Shown in pieces: positions 8,508-18,100 of a DNA stretch of 41,784 bases (the stretch's first letter is position 1; each line of letters opens with the position of its first letter). Source of the stretch: a virus (taxonomy: Duplodnaviria; Caudoviricetes); the IMG/VR virus record IMGVR_UViG_3300027769_000052, positions 1-41,784 of that record. The stretch is one strand, 5' to 3'. The translations under genes and the position numbers were made by a program. The notes under the pieces are model-generated. The model did not search any database and was not told where the DNA came from. It saw only the letters and a list, made by a program, of their open reading frames with translations.

Positions 8508-8762
8508 ATGGACGACCTTAAGCCTACGCAGGACACAATCCAGAAACTGTCGTTCAACGGTAAGAACGATGTCTTCGACGCCGTTATGGCGATCATCGAC
8601 AACTTCGTCAGCATCGAGACCGCTCAGGCGATCGCACAGGATATCCCCGCCGACAAGCGTGGGCACCAGTGCGGTCGCGTTGAGGGTCTAGTTGATCTGA
8701 AAGTGTTTCTCGTCGATGTCAGAACTCAAGCCGCCCGCAAAAATGCCCCCGATGTGGTGTAA
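8508..8762 (+). CDS. Small conserved-type protein between portal and scaffold
   Basis: 84 aa helical with HQCGRVEGL motif; position typical for podovirus head modules. Confidence 0.75.
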   Translation: MDDLKPTQDTIQKLSFNGKNDVFDAVMAIIDNFVSIETAQAIAQDIPADKRGHQCGRVEGLVDLKVFLVDVRTQAARKNAPDVV

Positions 8763-8904
8763 TCTATGTCAAAAGTGGACTAATGATGATCTTCATTACT
8801 GCACACCGATAATCTGGTGGCCTGAAGACTAATTTGGGCAAAAACTGCCCTTGGTTCTGAGATCCACAAAACTCTGTCGGACTTCTTACAAGTCCTTAAA
8901 TTGT

Positions 8905-9912
8905 ATGCCCAACCAAGAAGATCAAAATGCCTCGCAAGAGGGAACAAAGCAGAATGAATCCAGCATTCTGTCGGTAGACGCTTTGGCGTCTATGCTAGAG
9001 ACATCGTCGCTTACTGGACAAGTGACAACGGATGCCACCGAATCCGATACTCAGTCGGTGGAAGACCAGACCCGCGAACTCGATAATCCTCTGGCAGAGG
9101 AACTCCAGTCTGCATCTGGCAATGATAACAGATCACAAAGGAATTCGGCTGAGGATGCCGACAATTCTGATCTGGACGAGGAAAGTGGAATGCCGAGGCA
9201 TATCCAGAAGCGGATCGACAAGATCACCGCCAAACGCCGTGAGGCCGAAGCGGAAGCAGATCGACTCAAAGCCGAACTGGAAGACCTCAAGTCGAAGCAA
9301 GCCGAACCCGCAGTCCCTAGAACTAAGAATCCCTTCGCTAATATCGTCGCGGAATCTGACCTTCAAAAGGCTCTGGATCAGGCCAGAAAGGTGAGAGACT
9401 GGTGCGAAGAGAACCCGTACGGTGGCGAGATCCCCAAGGGCAATGGCGAATTCATCACGGTGGACGAATCCGAAGTCCGCAAGATGAAGGTCAATGCTCT
9501 CAAGGACATCGAGACCAACATTCCTTCCCAACAGCAGTTCATCAGTGCCAGAAGGCACTTCGATCCCATCGCGGAGAAAGAGTATCCGTGGTGGCAGAAA
9601 AAGGATTCCAAGGAGTACCAGACCGCCGTTGGTCTCCTGAAGAACTTTCCCGAACTTGCACAGTTCCCCGACTACAAGTTGGTCATCGGAGACTTCGTCT
9701 TCGGTATGGCCTCTCGTAACGCGAGAAAGGTCAAGGAGTCCGTTCAGCCTAATGTCCGTAGACCTCAAATTCAGCCCAGTCGCCCATCGATCGCTCCGTC
9801 TGCCAACACTAACAACAATATGAAGGCTAAGGAAATCGAGCAGAGGTTTACCAAGACTGGTTCCAGAGATGATCTCGCGTCCCTGATTGAGGCTAGGTTA
9901 ATGTCTCGTTAG
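8905..9912 (+). CDS. Capsid scaffolding protein
   Basis: Acidic disordered N-terminus, IQKRIDKITAKRREAE coiled coil, C-terminal FTKTGSRDDLASLI; directly upstream of capsid; ATG 8905 preferred to TTG 8851. Confidence 0.8.
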   Translation: MPNQEDQNASQEGTKQNESSILSVDALASMLETSSLTGQVTTDATESDTQSVEDQTRELDNPLAEELQSASGNDNRSQRNSAEDADNSDLDEESGMPRHIQKRIDKITAKRREAEAEADRLKAELEDLKSKQAEPAVPRTKNPFANIVAESDLQKALDQARKVRDWCEENPYGGEIPKGNGEFITVDESEVRKMKVNALKDIETNIPSQQQFISARRHFDPIAEKEYPWWQKKDSKEYQTAVGLLKNFPELAQFPDYKLVIGDFVFGMASRNARKVKESVQPNVRRPQIQPSRPSIAPSANTNNNMKAKEIEQRFTKTGSRDDLASLIEARLMSR

Positions 9913-9919
9913 TTCCCAA

Positions 9920-9948
9920 CCGCCGCAAGGCAAACCCGCCGCAAGGCA
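9920..9948 (+). repeat. Tandem 13-bp direct repeat in the capsid leader
   Basis: CCGCCGCAAGGCA at 9920-9932 and 9936-9948; each can fold as GCC-GCAA-GGC. Confidence 0.85.
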
Positions 9949-9958
9949 CCAAACTACT

Positions 9959-11113
9959 ATGCCTAGACTGTTTGAAAGAGATCTTCAGGGCTATAACTCT
10001 GCCACTGAAGCCAACCGAGTCGGTCGTCGTGAAGACATCGCCGATATGATCACGCTCGTCGAAGCGAAGGATACCCCCTTCACTACGATGGCCCGCAAGG
10101 GTGCTGAACCGTCCAACACGATGTTCCAGTGGCAGGTCGATTCCAACCCCGATCCCCGCGTCCAGCCCGTCGTTGACGGCACTGACGAGTCCGTCACTGG
10201 CGACACCTCTGGTGGTGCCAAGATGGATCAGTTCACGATCGGCTACCGTGCGACTCTCGCGGCTTACCCGCAGATCTTCCGTCGCAAGTTCCGCGTCTCG
10301 AAACTGACCGAGTCCAATATGGTTCGCCTCGCTGGCACCCCGTCTGAGCGTTCCCGCCAGATGGCTAAGGCGATGCTCGCCATCAAGCGAGATGTCGAAG
10401 TCGCCCTGACTTCGTCCCAGACCGCTCAGGCTGACAACGGCACCGTGGGCTACCGCACCCGTGCCCTCGATGCTTGGACTAAGACCAAGTGGGAAAAGGA
10501 CGCCGTCCTCCCCGTTCCCGACCAGTATTGCACCCCTGCTGACAACATCATCGCCGCCTCCGCGACGAAGACGATCAGCGGTACCAGCCGTACTGTCGCC
10601 AACGCGAACACCTGTGCCGCCCCCGCTAACCTCAACGAGTCCCACTGTCAGGATATGCTCACCGCTCTGTACAAGCAGACGGGCCAGAGCCGCTCTTGGG
10701 ATGCTCTCGTCGCGGTTAACCTGAAGCGAGCCTTCTCCAGCCTCGTCTACACGACCCCGAACGGTGCGGCTATGACCGCGTCCCCGATCCGCACGATGCG
10801 TGAGGGCGGCGACACGACCTACAGCCAGTACATCGATGTCTTCCAAGGCGACTTCGGTACGATCAACCTCCACATCTCCAACTGGCTTGGCGATGTCGAT
10901 CAGAACCCTGCTTCGGGCACCTTCGGCAACTACACGCCGAACCTGAACAAGGGCTTCATCGTTCCGTTTGAGCATACCGAAATCCGCTACGGCGGCAACA
11001 TCGCTGAGGTCATTGAACTGACCGACAACGGTGGTGGCCCTGCCAACGCGATCGAGATGGTTCTGGGTCTTTGCATCCACAACCCGCTCGCCTTCGGTAA
11101 GTTCGACCTCTAA
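9959..11113 (+). CDS. Major capsid protein (HK97 fold, DUF5309/SU10-like)
   Basis: REDIADMITLVEAKDTPF, FQWQVD, QIFRRKFRVS, IKRDVEVAL, DFGTINL motifs; strongest codon bias in the window. Confidence 0.9.
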   Translation: MPRLFERDLQGYNSATEANRVGRREDIADMITLVEAKDTPFTTMARKGAEPSNTMFQWQVDSNPDPRVQPVVDGTDESVTGDTSGGAKMDQFTIGYRATLAAYPQIFRRKFRVSKLTESNMVRLAGTPSERSRQMAKAMLAIKRDVEVALTSSQTAQADNGTVGYRTRALDAWTKTKWEKDAVLPVPDQYCTPADNIIAASATKTISGTSRTVANANTCAAPANLNESHCQDMLTALYKQTGQSRSWDALVAVNLKRAFSSLVYTTPNGAAMTASPIRTMREGGDTTYSQYIDVFQGDFGTINLHISNWLGDVDQNPASGTFGNYTPNLNKGFIVPFEHTEIRYGGNIAEVIELTDNGGGPANAIEMVLGLCIHNPLAFGKFDL

Positions 11114-11123
11114 TCCACTGACC

Positions 11124-11489
11124 GTGGACATCTCCCGCCAGATCTCGGAAGCAGTACCTGAGGAACTCCTAAAGGATTTCCACAGGGAGATCCGAACTGG
11201 TTGGGAGATGCAGAAGGTCAAGACTCAGCACAACCTCAAGTGGGCGGCTAAAGCCAACCACGCGGGCGTTGACAAGACTGTGGACGGGATCGGGCAACTT
11301 GTTGCCCGTATCCCCCCAGAGTCTTTCCATTTTTGGGGACAGCACTTTGGCACATACGATTGCTGGAAGGATAAGAATTTCCTCAGGGAGTTCCTGAAGG
11401 ACAATCCTGAATGCGTCGTCAATACAGCCAAGAAGAGCCAAGTCCTCGTTAGCAATAAGATCACTGACGCCAGCGGAAAGCCTCTGTGA
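11124..11489 (+). CDS. Hypothetical protein of the head module
   Basis: GTG at 11124 after capsid stop; VARIPPESFHFW...FLREFLKDNPE pattern seen after podovirus capsid genes. Confidence 0.7.
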   Translation: MDISRQISEAVPEELLKDFHREIRTGWEMQKVKTQHNLKWAAKANHAGVDKTVDGIGQLVARIPPESFHFWGQHFGTYDCWKDKNFLREFLKDNPECVVNTAKKSQVLVSNKITDASGKPL

Positions 11490-12265
11490 GGACTACTGAC
11501 TTCAGCACGATCCTGTTCGATGCGGTCAACCTTTGCGGGTATGACCTTGCGAACATTTCTGAACAGAACTTCAGAACGATCAGACAGTTCGCCAACCAGC
11601 GGCTCAGGCTGGCTTGGGAATCTTACCCTTGGTATTCCCTTACCAAGGTACTGGAGGCCACTGTCACGCACGACGCTGGCACCGACCTGAGAACTATCAA
11701 CATTCCTGCTGACAGCGGCGAAGTCGTCGGCGTCTTCAGCAGGAACCCTTTGACGACCACACAGGCCGTCTATGTGTCGTATGCCCTCGCGGACATCAAC
11801 GGCGTCGAGAAGATCGTGGTCAACACGCCGATCCAGACGGTCTGGGTCGAGTACAGGATCAAGCGTCCTGAGTTCCACGGCGAGGTCTGGAACGCCACTC
11901 TGGCTTATAGGCCGAACGCACAGGCTTACTTCGACAGCGAGTCTGGCACGGGCACACTGATGCCTGTGGCTGGCTTCCCCCACGCGGGCAACTTCTACAT
12001 TGCGTCCGAGTTGCTTCCCGCTGGCACAAAGCCGACTAACAACGCGGGTTCTGGCGACGCCAGATGGGTAAAGATCCCCATCCCGTATATGTTCGCATCC
12101 TACATCAGCCGTGGCGTGTACGCCGACTTCCTGCGATCCGAACAGCAGTATGAAGACGCTGGCAAGGCCGACATCGACGCCGCTGGCGTCCTAGAGCAGG
12201 AGTACGACAAGGAACTCCGTCAGCAGGGCCAGATCCGTCGCATCAACTTTATCGATTCTTACTAA
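11486..12265 (+). CDS. Head-tail adaptor (tail tubular protein A-like)
   Basis: Position; helical N-terminus with AWESYPW, IPAD, and C-terminal IPYMFASYI helices. Confidence 0.7.
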   Translation: MRTTDFSTILFDAVNLCGYDLANISEQNFRTIRQFANQRLRLAWESYPWYSLTKVLEATVTHDAGTDLRTINIPADSGEVVGVFSRNPLTTTQAVYVSYALADINGVEKIVVNTPIQTVWVEYRIKRPEFHGEVWNATLAYRPNAQAYFDSESGTGTLMPVAGFPHAGNFYIASELLPAGTKPTNNAGSGDARWVKIPIPYMFASYISRGVYADFLRSEQQYEDAGKADIDAAGVLEQEYDKELRQQGQIRRINFIDSY

Positions 12266-12266
12266 T

Positions 12267-12566
12267 ATGAGCAGAACAGAATATCAGGGAGCCTTCATCA
12301 AGGGCTATATCCATTCCGATGTTTCCGTCGGCACTTCGGCGGCTCAGTTCCTCCCCATCGCTGATGCTGGCACACGCCGCGTCGCCTTGGTGATCCAGAA
12401 CACTTCCGCAACAGCCACGGTTCAGGCCATCTTCGCCGCCTCTGGTGCCGTTGGAATCCGCATCCCCCCGCTTGGTAGCATCACTCAGGAGAACTACAAC
12501 GGCCCCGTCCGTCTGATCTCTTCTGCCGCCGCCACTCAGGTTCACATTGCGTACGCTAACTCCTAA
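12267..12566 (+). CDS. Small beta-rich virion protein
   Basis: RRVALVIQNTS...GIRIPP pattern; translationally coupled to next gene. Confidence 0.7.
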   Translation: MSRTEYQGAFIKGYIHSDVSVGTSAAQFLPIADAGTRRVALVIQNTSATATVQAIFAASGAVGIRIPPLGSITQENYNGPVRLISSAAATQVHIAYANS

Positions 12567-13222
12567 TGGGAATCACGATCAGCGGGCCTAGTACCCAGAT
12601 CCCGACCAATGTGGTCGAGGTAGGGAACGAGATTACCCAGAATCAGTTGAACGCCATTACGGCGTCTACAACCCCTTCGACTGGCAACCCTATGCAGACG
12701 CTGTCTGCAATGACAACCTATGTTCAGAACAATGCCGTCAACCCGCTAAATGGTAAGGTCATTAAGCCTGACCAGTCTGGACAGTGGAATCATCCGTTTC
12801 CTATGAGTGGAAACTTTGTTGTAGTTTATAAGGCTGATACGAACTCTTGGTGGCCTTGGACAACTAACGGCACTGTAATTGGGTCTCAAAACGGAGGCAC
12901 TTTTCAAGCCAGTTATAACTTCGATTTTAATGATTGGTATGGAAACACAGTTTACCTAAATGGAAACCCTGATATTGGAACCAATGTCACTAATTACACG
13001 GCACTAGGCAATTGGGATGCTAATACCCAATCTACCTACAGCACTTCTAGTGGTCAGACTTACTACCCTGCAAATGGGCCTAGCAACGGACAGGGGTGGG
13101 GAGGGTATGTCGGTAGTTCACAGAGTTTCTACGATGGGTCGAACTATGTGTACCGATATGTGTATCTAGATGGTACTGGCGGTTTCTACACGGCTGACAA
13201 CCAGAACAACCCGCCGTCCTAA
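12566..13222 (+). CDS. Virion fibre/decoration-like protein with low-GC C-terminal region
   Basis: N/T/G/Y/W-rich; TAATG overlaps on both sides. Confidence 0.65.
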   Translation: MGITISGPSTQIPTNVVEVGNEITQNQLNAITASTTPSTGNPMQTLSAMTTYVQNNAVNPLNGKVIKPDQSGQWNHPFPMSGNFVVVYKADTNSWWPWTTNGTVIGSQNGGTFQASYNFDFNDWYGNTVYLNGNPDIGTNVTNYTALGNWDANTQSTYSTSSGQTYYPANGPSNGQGWGGYVGSSQSFYDGSNYVYRYVYLDGTGGFYTADNQNNPPS

Positions 13223-15189
13223 TGCCTAATGCGGAGTACAAGTCTGATCGAGACGGAGGGTTTGTGGGTCTTGAAAGCCGCACGAACCCTGTACTCCTGA
13301 AGGAGCAGTTCCTACAATACGCCCAGAACATCCGTCTGGAGCGTGGCATCGCCCAAGCACGGAAGGGCAACAAGCGGATGAACAACGACGATGTGGACGG
13401 TCGCACGGTCAGGCATTCCGCTCGCTTCGTCACCCCTCAGGGCGTCGAAAAGATCGCCGTTATCTGCCGCGACAGCATCGGCTTGTATGACCCTACGATC
13501 AACGACTACAGCGTATTCTACCCGTTCGGGAACAGATACATTGACGCCACGGACTCGGTTTCTGCGGTTCAGGCGGTAAACAAGTTGTACATCTTTAGGG
13601 GCCTTCCGTCCCACGATCCTAGGTTTGCCAAGTTCGTATACACGGGACACCCTAGTCTTACCGTAACGGTTACCCAGTATTCCGACACTGGAAGAACGGT
13701 TGCCATCAATCACGGCTACTCCACTGGCGACGAGATCATCGTAAGCGACTGCACTGAAGCGGTGTTCAGAGGATCCTATGTGATCACCGTCACAAGCCCT
13801 ACGACTTTCACCTATCAGTTGTCCGCTACCCACGCGTCCAAGACGCTGGATTGCCTAGTGACTAAGGCTAAGGCCCCACTTGTATTTGACGGCTCTTCCG
13901 TGACCGTGATGCCGCAGGGTACCATCAGCGGAACGGCGGCTAATATGCCCCCATCTGATGTGGCGATCTATCAGGGCAACCGAATCATCCTGAAGCAGGG
14001 CCGCGATAAGTTGGCGGTATCTGACTACCTAGATTTCGGCACTTTCGACCTCACCTTTGGTCAGTTTACGATCAATCTAGGTGCCTACGACGAACTGATC
14101 GGCTTCAGCCCTTGGCTGGATAACGAGTTCATCATCTTCCAGCGTAACTCGATCTACAAAGGCCGCGTGGTCAACAGTGCTTATGTTGTCGGGGACGCCC
14201 CTGACGCCCAGTCCTACATCACATCCATCTCCAACTCGTTCGGGTGCGTAGGCAAGCGGGCTATCGTCAACACTGGTAGGTTCATCTTCTTCCTGTCCGA
14301 CGGCGGCATCTATATGCTGGAGCCTCAGTTGGATCTCAAGACGATCAATACGCTTGAGCCTCTTTCTGCCCCGATCAACGACCTATTGCTCCAGTACAAC
14401 CGCGAGTACCTACACACAGCCCACGGCGTGTTCTTCGACAATAGGTTGTTTATGGCCCTGCCCGTCGGCAACGATCAGGACGGCAACCCGCACCAGCGGC
14501 CTAACAAGGTATTCATTTTCAACATCCTGAACAAGGCTTGGGAGTCTATCGACACCTACCCAGTCAGGGTGAACACCGAAAAGGACTCTCGGAACTTCTA
14601 CGCCGACTCGTTTGAGGTGGTGAACTATGGTTCCAGAAAGAGGCTTTTCATCGTCAATAACGGCGGCGGCAGACTGGCCTATGTGCAAGACGGCGTGACC
14701 GTACAGCCTCCCTCTGGTGGCGTTTACCTGTGCGAGGAAACATCCGAGGGCGACGAGACAGACCTTACAGGCATCTCCGTCCTTCCTGCCCAACTTAAGG
14801 AAGACGATCCTCTTACTCCCGCCCGCGAGTATGGCTTTTGGCTTAGGCCCTCTGGTGCCAGAAACTACGCGACTGACTCCAAGATCATCACGCGTAGATT
14901 TACCCTCGGAGTCCTGTTTGAAAAACGGTTCTCTTCGGTCAGCACTGACCTAGCCCTTCCGACTGGCGGTAGCGTAAAGACAACGGTTGAGATCCTTAAC
15001 CCAGATAAGACGATGGAAGCGGACTTCTATACCACCATCCCAGAGCCTGACGCTACACGCCGTGTTTCAATTGCACAGCGTGGATACGCCTGTCAGGTGC
15101 AGTACGAATTCCTTTCTGGTCGCCCCGCCATCCGTGGGGTTACTATCGACGCCACGCTTACTGGCAGAAACATCGTGAGCAAATCCTAA
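13222..15189 (+). CDS. Tail nozzle / stabilization protein (T7 gp12, P22 gp10-like beta-propeller)
   Basis: 655 aa; GGFVGL...AQNIRLERG start, FGCVGKRAIV, IFFLSDGGIY, LSAPI motifs. Confidence 0.8.
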   Translation: MPNAEYKSDRDGGFVGLESRTNPVLLKEQFLQYAQNIRLERGIAQARKGNKRMNNDDVDGRTVRHSARFVTPQGVEKIAVICRDSIGLYDPTINDYSVFYPFGNRYIDATDSVSAVQAVNKLYIFRGLPSHDPRFAKFVYTGHPSLTVTVTQYSDTGRTVAINHGYSTGDEIIVSDCTEAVFRGSYVITVTSPTTFTYQLSATHASKTLDCLVTKAKAPLVFDGSSVTVMPQGTISGTAANMPPSDVAIYQGNRIILKQGRDKLAVSDYLDFGTFDLTFGQFTINLGAYDELIGFSPWLDNEFIIFQRNSIYKGRVVNSAYVVGDAPDAQSYITSISNSFGCVGKRAIVNTGRFIFFLSDGGIYMLEPQLDLKTINTLEPLSAPINDLLLQYNREYLHTAHGVFFDNRLFMALPVGNDQDGNPHQRPNKVFIFNILNKAWESIDTYPVRVNTEKDSRNFYADSFEVVNYGSRKRLFIVNNGGGRLAYVQDGVTVQPPSGGVYLCEETSEGDETDLTGISVLPAQLKEDDPLTPAREYGFWLRPSGARNYATDSKIITRRFTLGVLFEKRFSSVSTDLALPTGGSVKTTVEILNPDKTMEADFYTTIPEPDATRRVSIAQRGYACQVQYEFLSGRPAIRGVTIDATLTGRNIVSKS

Positions 15190-15190
15190 G

Positions 15191-16573
15191 ATGCCCGACC
15201 TTAACAGAACCCAGAACTTCGCTGACGGCGACCTAGTCACCGCTCAGAAACTCAAAGACTTGATCGATCAGACATCGATCCAGCCATTCTTCCTTACCTC
15301 CAAGAGCATCCTGTTTCAGGACACGCTTACGAAGAACGACAGGCTTCTAGCATACGCACCTATTACTGGTGCCTTTATGCAACTTGGCATTGGCGACCTG
15401 ATGCAAGGCGGCAATATGACCAACGGCCTCAAGTTCTGGGAATACGAGGGCGGGAGCGAATACGGTAAGACATTCCTTTACTCCAGATCTCCGACGAGCA
15501 ACACCTTCTGCGGCATCTTTATCGACGCGGCTGGTGCTTCGTCTGGTGCGGCTGTCGTAGATCCTAAGTGGGGTACGGTTAACATCGCGGCGGCTTCCAG
15601 CCTCCTGAATATCGCTGGATCGCACACTTCGGAAGGCACCAGTTTCGTGTTCAACGCTGGCTGGCCTATCTCTAGGGCTACCAATGAAAACACTGGTGGG
15701 TCGTTTAATTTTACCGCGAACAGAAGCATCACGGACTTCAATAACAAGTGGGAACTTCAGTTCGACTCTACCGTCACTGGTGGTTCTGGAACCAACCAGT
15801 ATTCCGAGTTCAAGGTAACGAAGACTTTCGATAAGCACGACACTTCTGGATCCCAAAAATCTTCTCTTGGCACATCTCAAGTTAAGGCTATCTCGATCGT
15901 TCAAAAGGCCGTGGACGGCAAGTCTACGGACACGGTTGAGGTTAAGTTGCTTAATGAACTTACCGTTCCAGTGGTTAACGCTACAACAGTTGACGCAACT
16001 ACCTTTAAAAAGTCTGGTACGGCTACGATCTTCCCGCTTAAGCGTGGTTACAGTGAATATGAGTTTGGTAGCGAAAGTGCCGCTTACATCGCCGTTACTG
16101 ACTGTGTTTTTGCCGCTGGTTATAACTATGTAAACTCTTTCAAGGTTAACGCACTTGTAAGCGGAGGATTCCTTATGTGGGAGACCACTAATTCGCTATC
16201 GCTTCAGGCGAACGAAGTTATGTATCTGACTATTGATGTCTGGCACAACGAACTAAGCACATCACAGGGAGCCTATATGGACTACCGCCTTCGTCTTAAA
16301 GCCAAGACGGTTGGAGGAGCAACTTATCCTCAAAAGGAACTTGCTGTTAGGAGATTCCAAGTGGCTTCGGCAAACGGTGTTCAAAACAACAGAATGACAT
16401 TTAAGATCGAAAGATCTGATTTCCCAGTTGGATCCGAAGACATTACCCGCCAGTTGCAAGTGCAGTTCACGGAAGCAAACGCGGGGATCGCCTACCATCA
16501 TTTCATCGTTCGTGCTACCGCTGAAGTCTGGAACAAGAACGACATCGCCGATGGCACTGCCGCACTCCTGTGA
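15191..16573 (+). CDS. Tail fibre / receptor-binding protein
   Basis: N-terminal anchor FADGDLVTAQKLKDLID; S/T/G-rich beta body; position after nozzle. Confidence 0.65.
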   Translation: MPDLNRTQNFADGDLVTAQKLKDLIDQTSIQPFFLTSKSILFQDTLTKNDRLLAYAPITGAFMQLGIGDLMQGGNMTNGLKFWEYEGGSEYGKTFLYSRSPTSNTFCGIFIDAAGASSGAAVVDPKWGTVNIAAASSLLNIAGSHTSEGTSFVFNAGWPISRATNENTGGSFNFTANRSITDFNNKWELQFDSTVTGGSGTNQYSEFKVTKTFDKHDTSGSQKSSLGTSQVKAISIVQKAVDGKSTDTVEVKLLNELTVPVVNATTVDATTFKKSGTATIFPLKRGYSEYEFGSESAAYIAVTDCVFAAGYNYVNSFKVNALVSGGFLMWETTNSLSLQANEVMYLTIDVWHNELSTSQGAYMDYRLRLKAKTVGGATYPQKELAVRRFQVASANGVQNNRMTFKIERSDFPVGSEDITRQLQVQFTEANAGIAYHHFIVRATAEVWNKNDIADGTAALL

Positions 16574-17007
16574 TCACTGAAGTAAACCCAGTCGATGGGA
16601 TCCTGAAACTGGTACGCGAAAGGGTCACGCTGGACGACATCGCCCTGTCGTTTGACGACGAGACACTGAAGCAGTACATCGCCTATCACATCATTCACGG
16701 CAACGCGATCTGGACGCAGGACGATGAGACGCAGGAGATCACTGGGATCCTGATCGCCTACGAATGCGACCGTGACGAGGCTGGGGCACCTTTTAACTGG
16801 GTTGAACCTAATGGCAAAAACTGCATTTATGTTGCACAACTTGCCGCGAGGGACGAGGACGCTAGGGATACTCTTGCCCAAGGTTATCTGGCTCTTTTCC
16901 CTAATGAGAAGCCCACTTACGCCACGCGAAGAGGCTCTCTGGTACCTATGAACGCTCACAAGATCAGTCGGGAACTACTTAGAAAGAGAGGCTCCGATGG
17001 GCGGTAA
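16570..17007 (+). CDS. GNAT-fold-like protein (T7 gp13 position)
   Basis: ITGILIAY...CIYVAQLAA...YATRRG; located between tail and ejection genes. Confidence 0.55.
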   Translation: MITEVNPVDGILKLVRERVTLDDIALSFDDETLKQYIAYHIIHGNAIWTQDDETQEITGILIAYECDRDEAGAPFNWVEPNGKNCIYVAQLAARDEDARDTLAQGYLALFPNEKPTYATRRGSLVPMNAHKISRELLRKRGSDGR

Positions 17008-18097
17008 AGGCCCAGAGGCACCGCCTCCTAGGGATTACTACAAGGAGACTACGGACTCCTTGCGGGCACAGGTGCAGATGGCACCTCAGTTGTACGCTTC
17101 TGAAGCGGCCTACAGACCGATGTACCAGCGTCTTGAACTGGCTGGCTACAGAAATTCTCTCCTTGGTCGTATCACCCGCGACGATCTTAGTGCCACTGGC
17201 AAAGCGGATTATGATGCCGCAGTCACCGCGTCAAAGACAGCGGCTGATGAGATCGCTCCCCTTGAGGCTAAGATTGCCTCCCTTCAGGCTAGAAACCCTA
17301 GAGGGGTCAATAACGGTCAGATCCAACAGTTGGAGATTCAACTGCAAGAAAAGCGTACGCTTGCGGCGGCGAAGCCTGACGCCGCTGGCTACAGCGATAA
17401 GGGCCTCCTTGATATTCTTGAGCAGGATGTCCTCCCAGCATTTGCCCGTTCTGAGGCGGCTACCACATCTGCTCAGAGAGCCTCTGACATCGCCGATGTG
17501 GAGCGTTTGGGCCGTAGGGCTAGCCAAGCCTACCTCGACGCTGATCCCCGCTCTAAGAGCCTGATTGAGGCCATTAACGCCGAAGCCCTTAGTGCCGTGC
17601 GGGCGGGAGGCTCCCTTACCCCTGAACAGCAGAGATACGCCCTTCAGACGGCCCGTTTATCTATGGCTGATCGCGGCCTAGCCCTGAGCAATCAGGGTAT
17701 GGCGTCTGATGTCCTTAGCACCTACCAACTCGGCGAAGCCCGCCGTACAGCCGCCCTCCAGAACGCTGGTGCCGTCCTAGGCATCAACAAGCAGTTCACG
17801 GCTGATCCGTTCCAAGCGATCCTAGGCCGTCAGGGTCAGGCGTTCAACGCGGGTATGAGCCAACAGCAGTTTGCCAGCGGCTTTGCCTCCAACATTGGGC
17901 CTAGGCTGTTCAGTCCTGAGTCCCAGTATATGTCCGACCTTCAGGGTTCCAACCAGCAGACGGCGGCGTCCTACGCGGCGGCTAAGGCCCAGATGCAGTC
18001 GGGTATGATGCAGGGCATCGGCTCCCTTGTCGGCGGTGCCATCACTGGCGGCGGCTCGTTCGCCCTTGCGGCGGCTACCAAAGGCAAGACAGGATAA
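16997..18097 (+). CDS. DNA ejection (internal virion) protein 1
   Basis: MGGKGPEAPPP start, A/Q-rich helices, Gly-rich hydrophobic C-terminus GIGSLVGGAITGGG. Confidence 0.75.
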   Translation: MGGKGPEAPPPRDYYKETTDSLRAQVQMAPQLYASEAAYRPMYQRLELAGYRNSLLGRITRDDLSATGKADYDAAVTASKTAADEIAPLEAKIASLQARNPRGVNNGQIQQLEIQLQEKRTLAAAKPDAAGYSDKGLLDILEQDVLPAFARSEAATTSAQRASDIADVERLGRRASQAYLDADPRSKSLIEAINAEALSAVRAGGSLTPEQQRYALQTARLSMADRGLALSNQGMASDVLSTYQLGEARRTAALQNAGAVLGINKQFTADPFQAILGRQGQAFNAGMSQQQFASGFASNIGPRLFSPESQYMSDLQGSNQQTAASYAAAKAQMQSGMMQGIGSLVGGAITGGGSFALAAATKGKTG

Positions 18098-18100
18098 TTT

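Noticed and set aside
9893-11221. Long antisense ORFs (also 6615-7721, 26053-26940, 30757-31683, 40157-41017)
   Set aside because: Shadow frames of strongly codon-biased genes; no motifs and complete overlap with well-supported CDSs
12566-16573. Diversity-generating retroelement targeting fibre genes
   Set aside because: No reverse transcriptase and no template/variable repeat pair seen in the window
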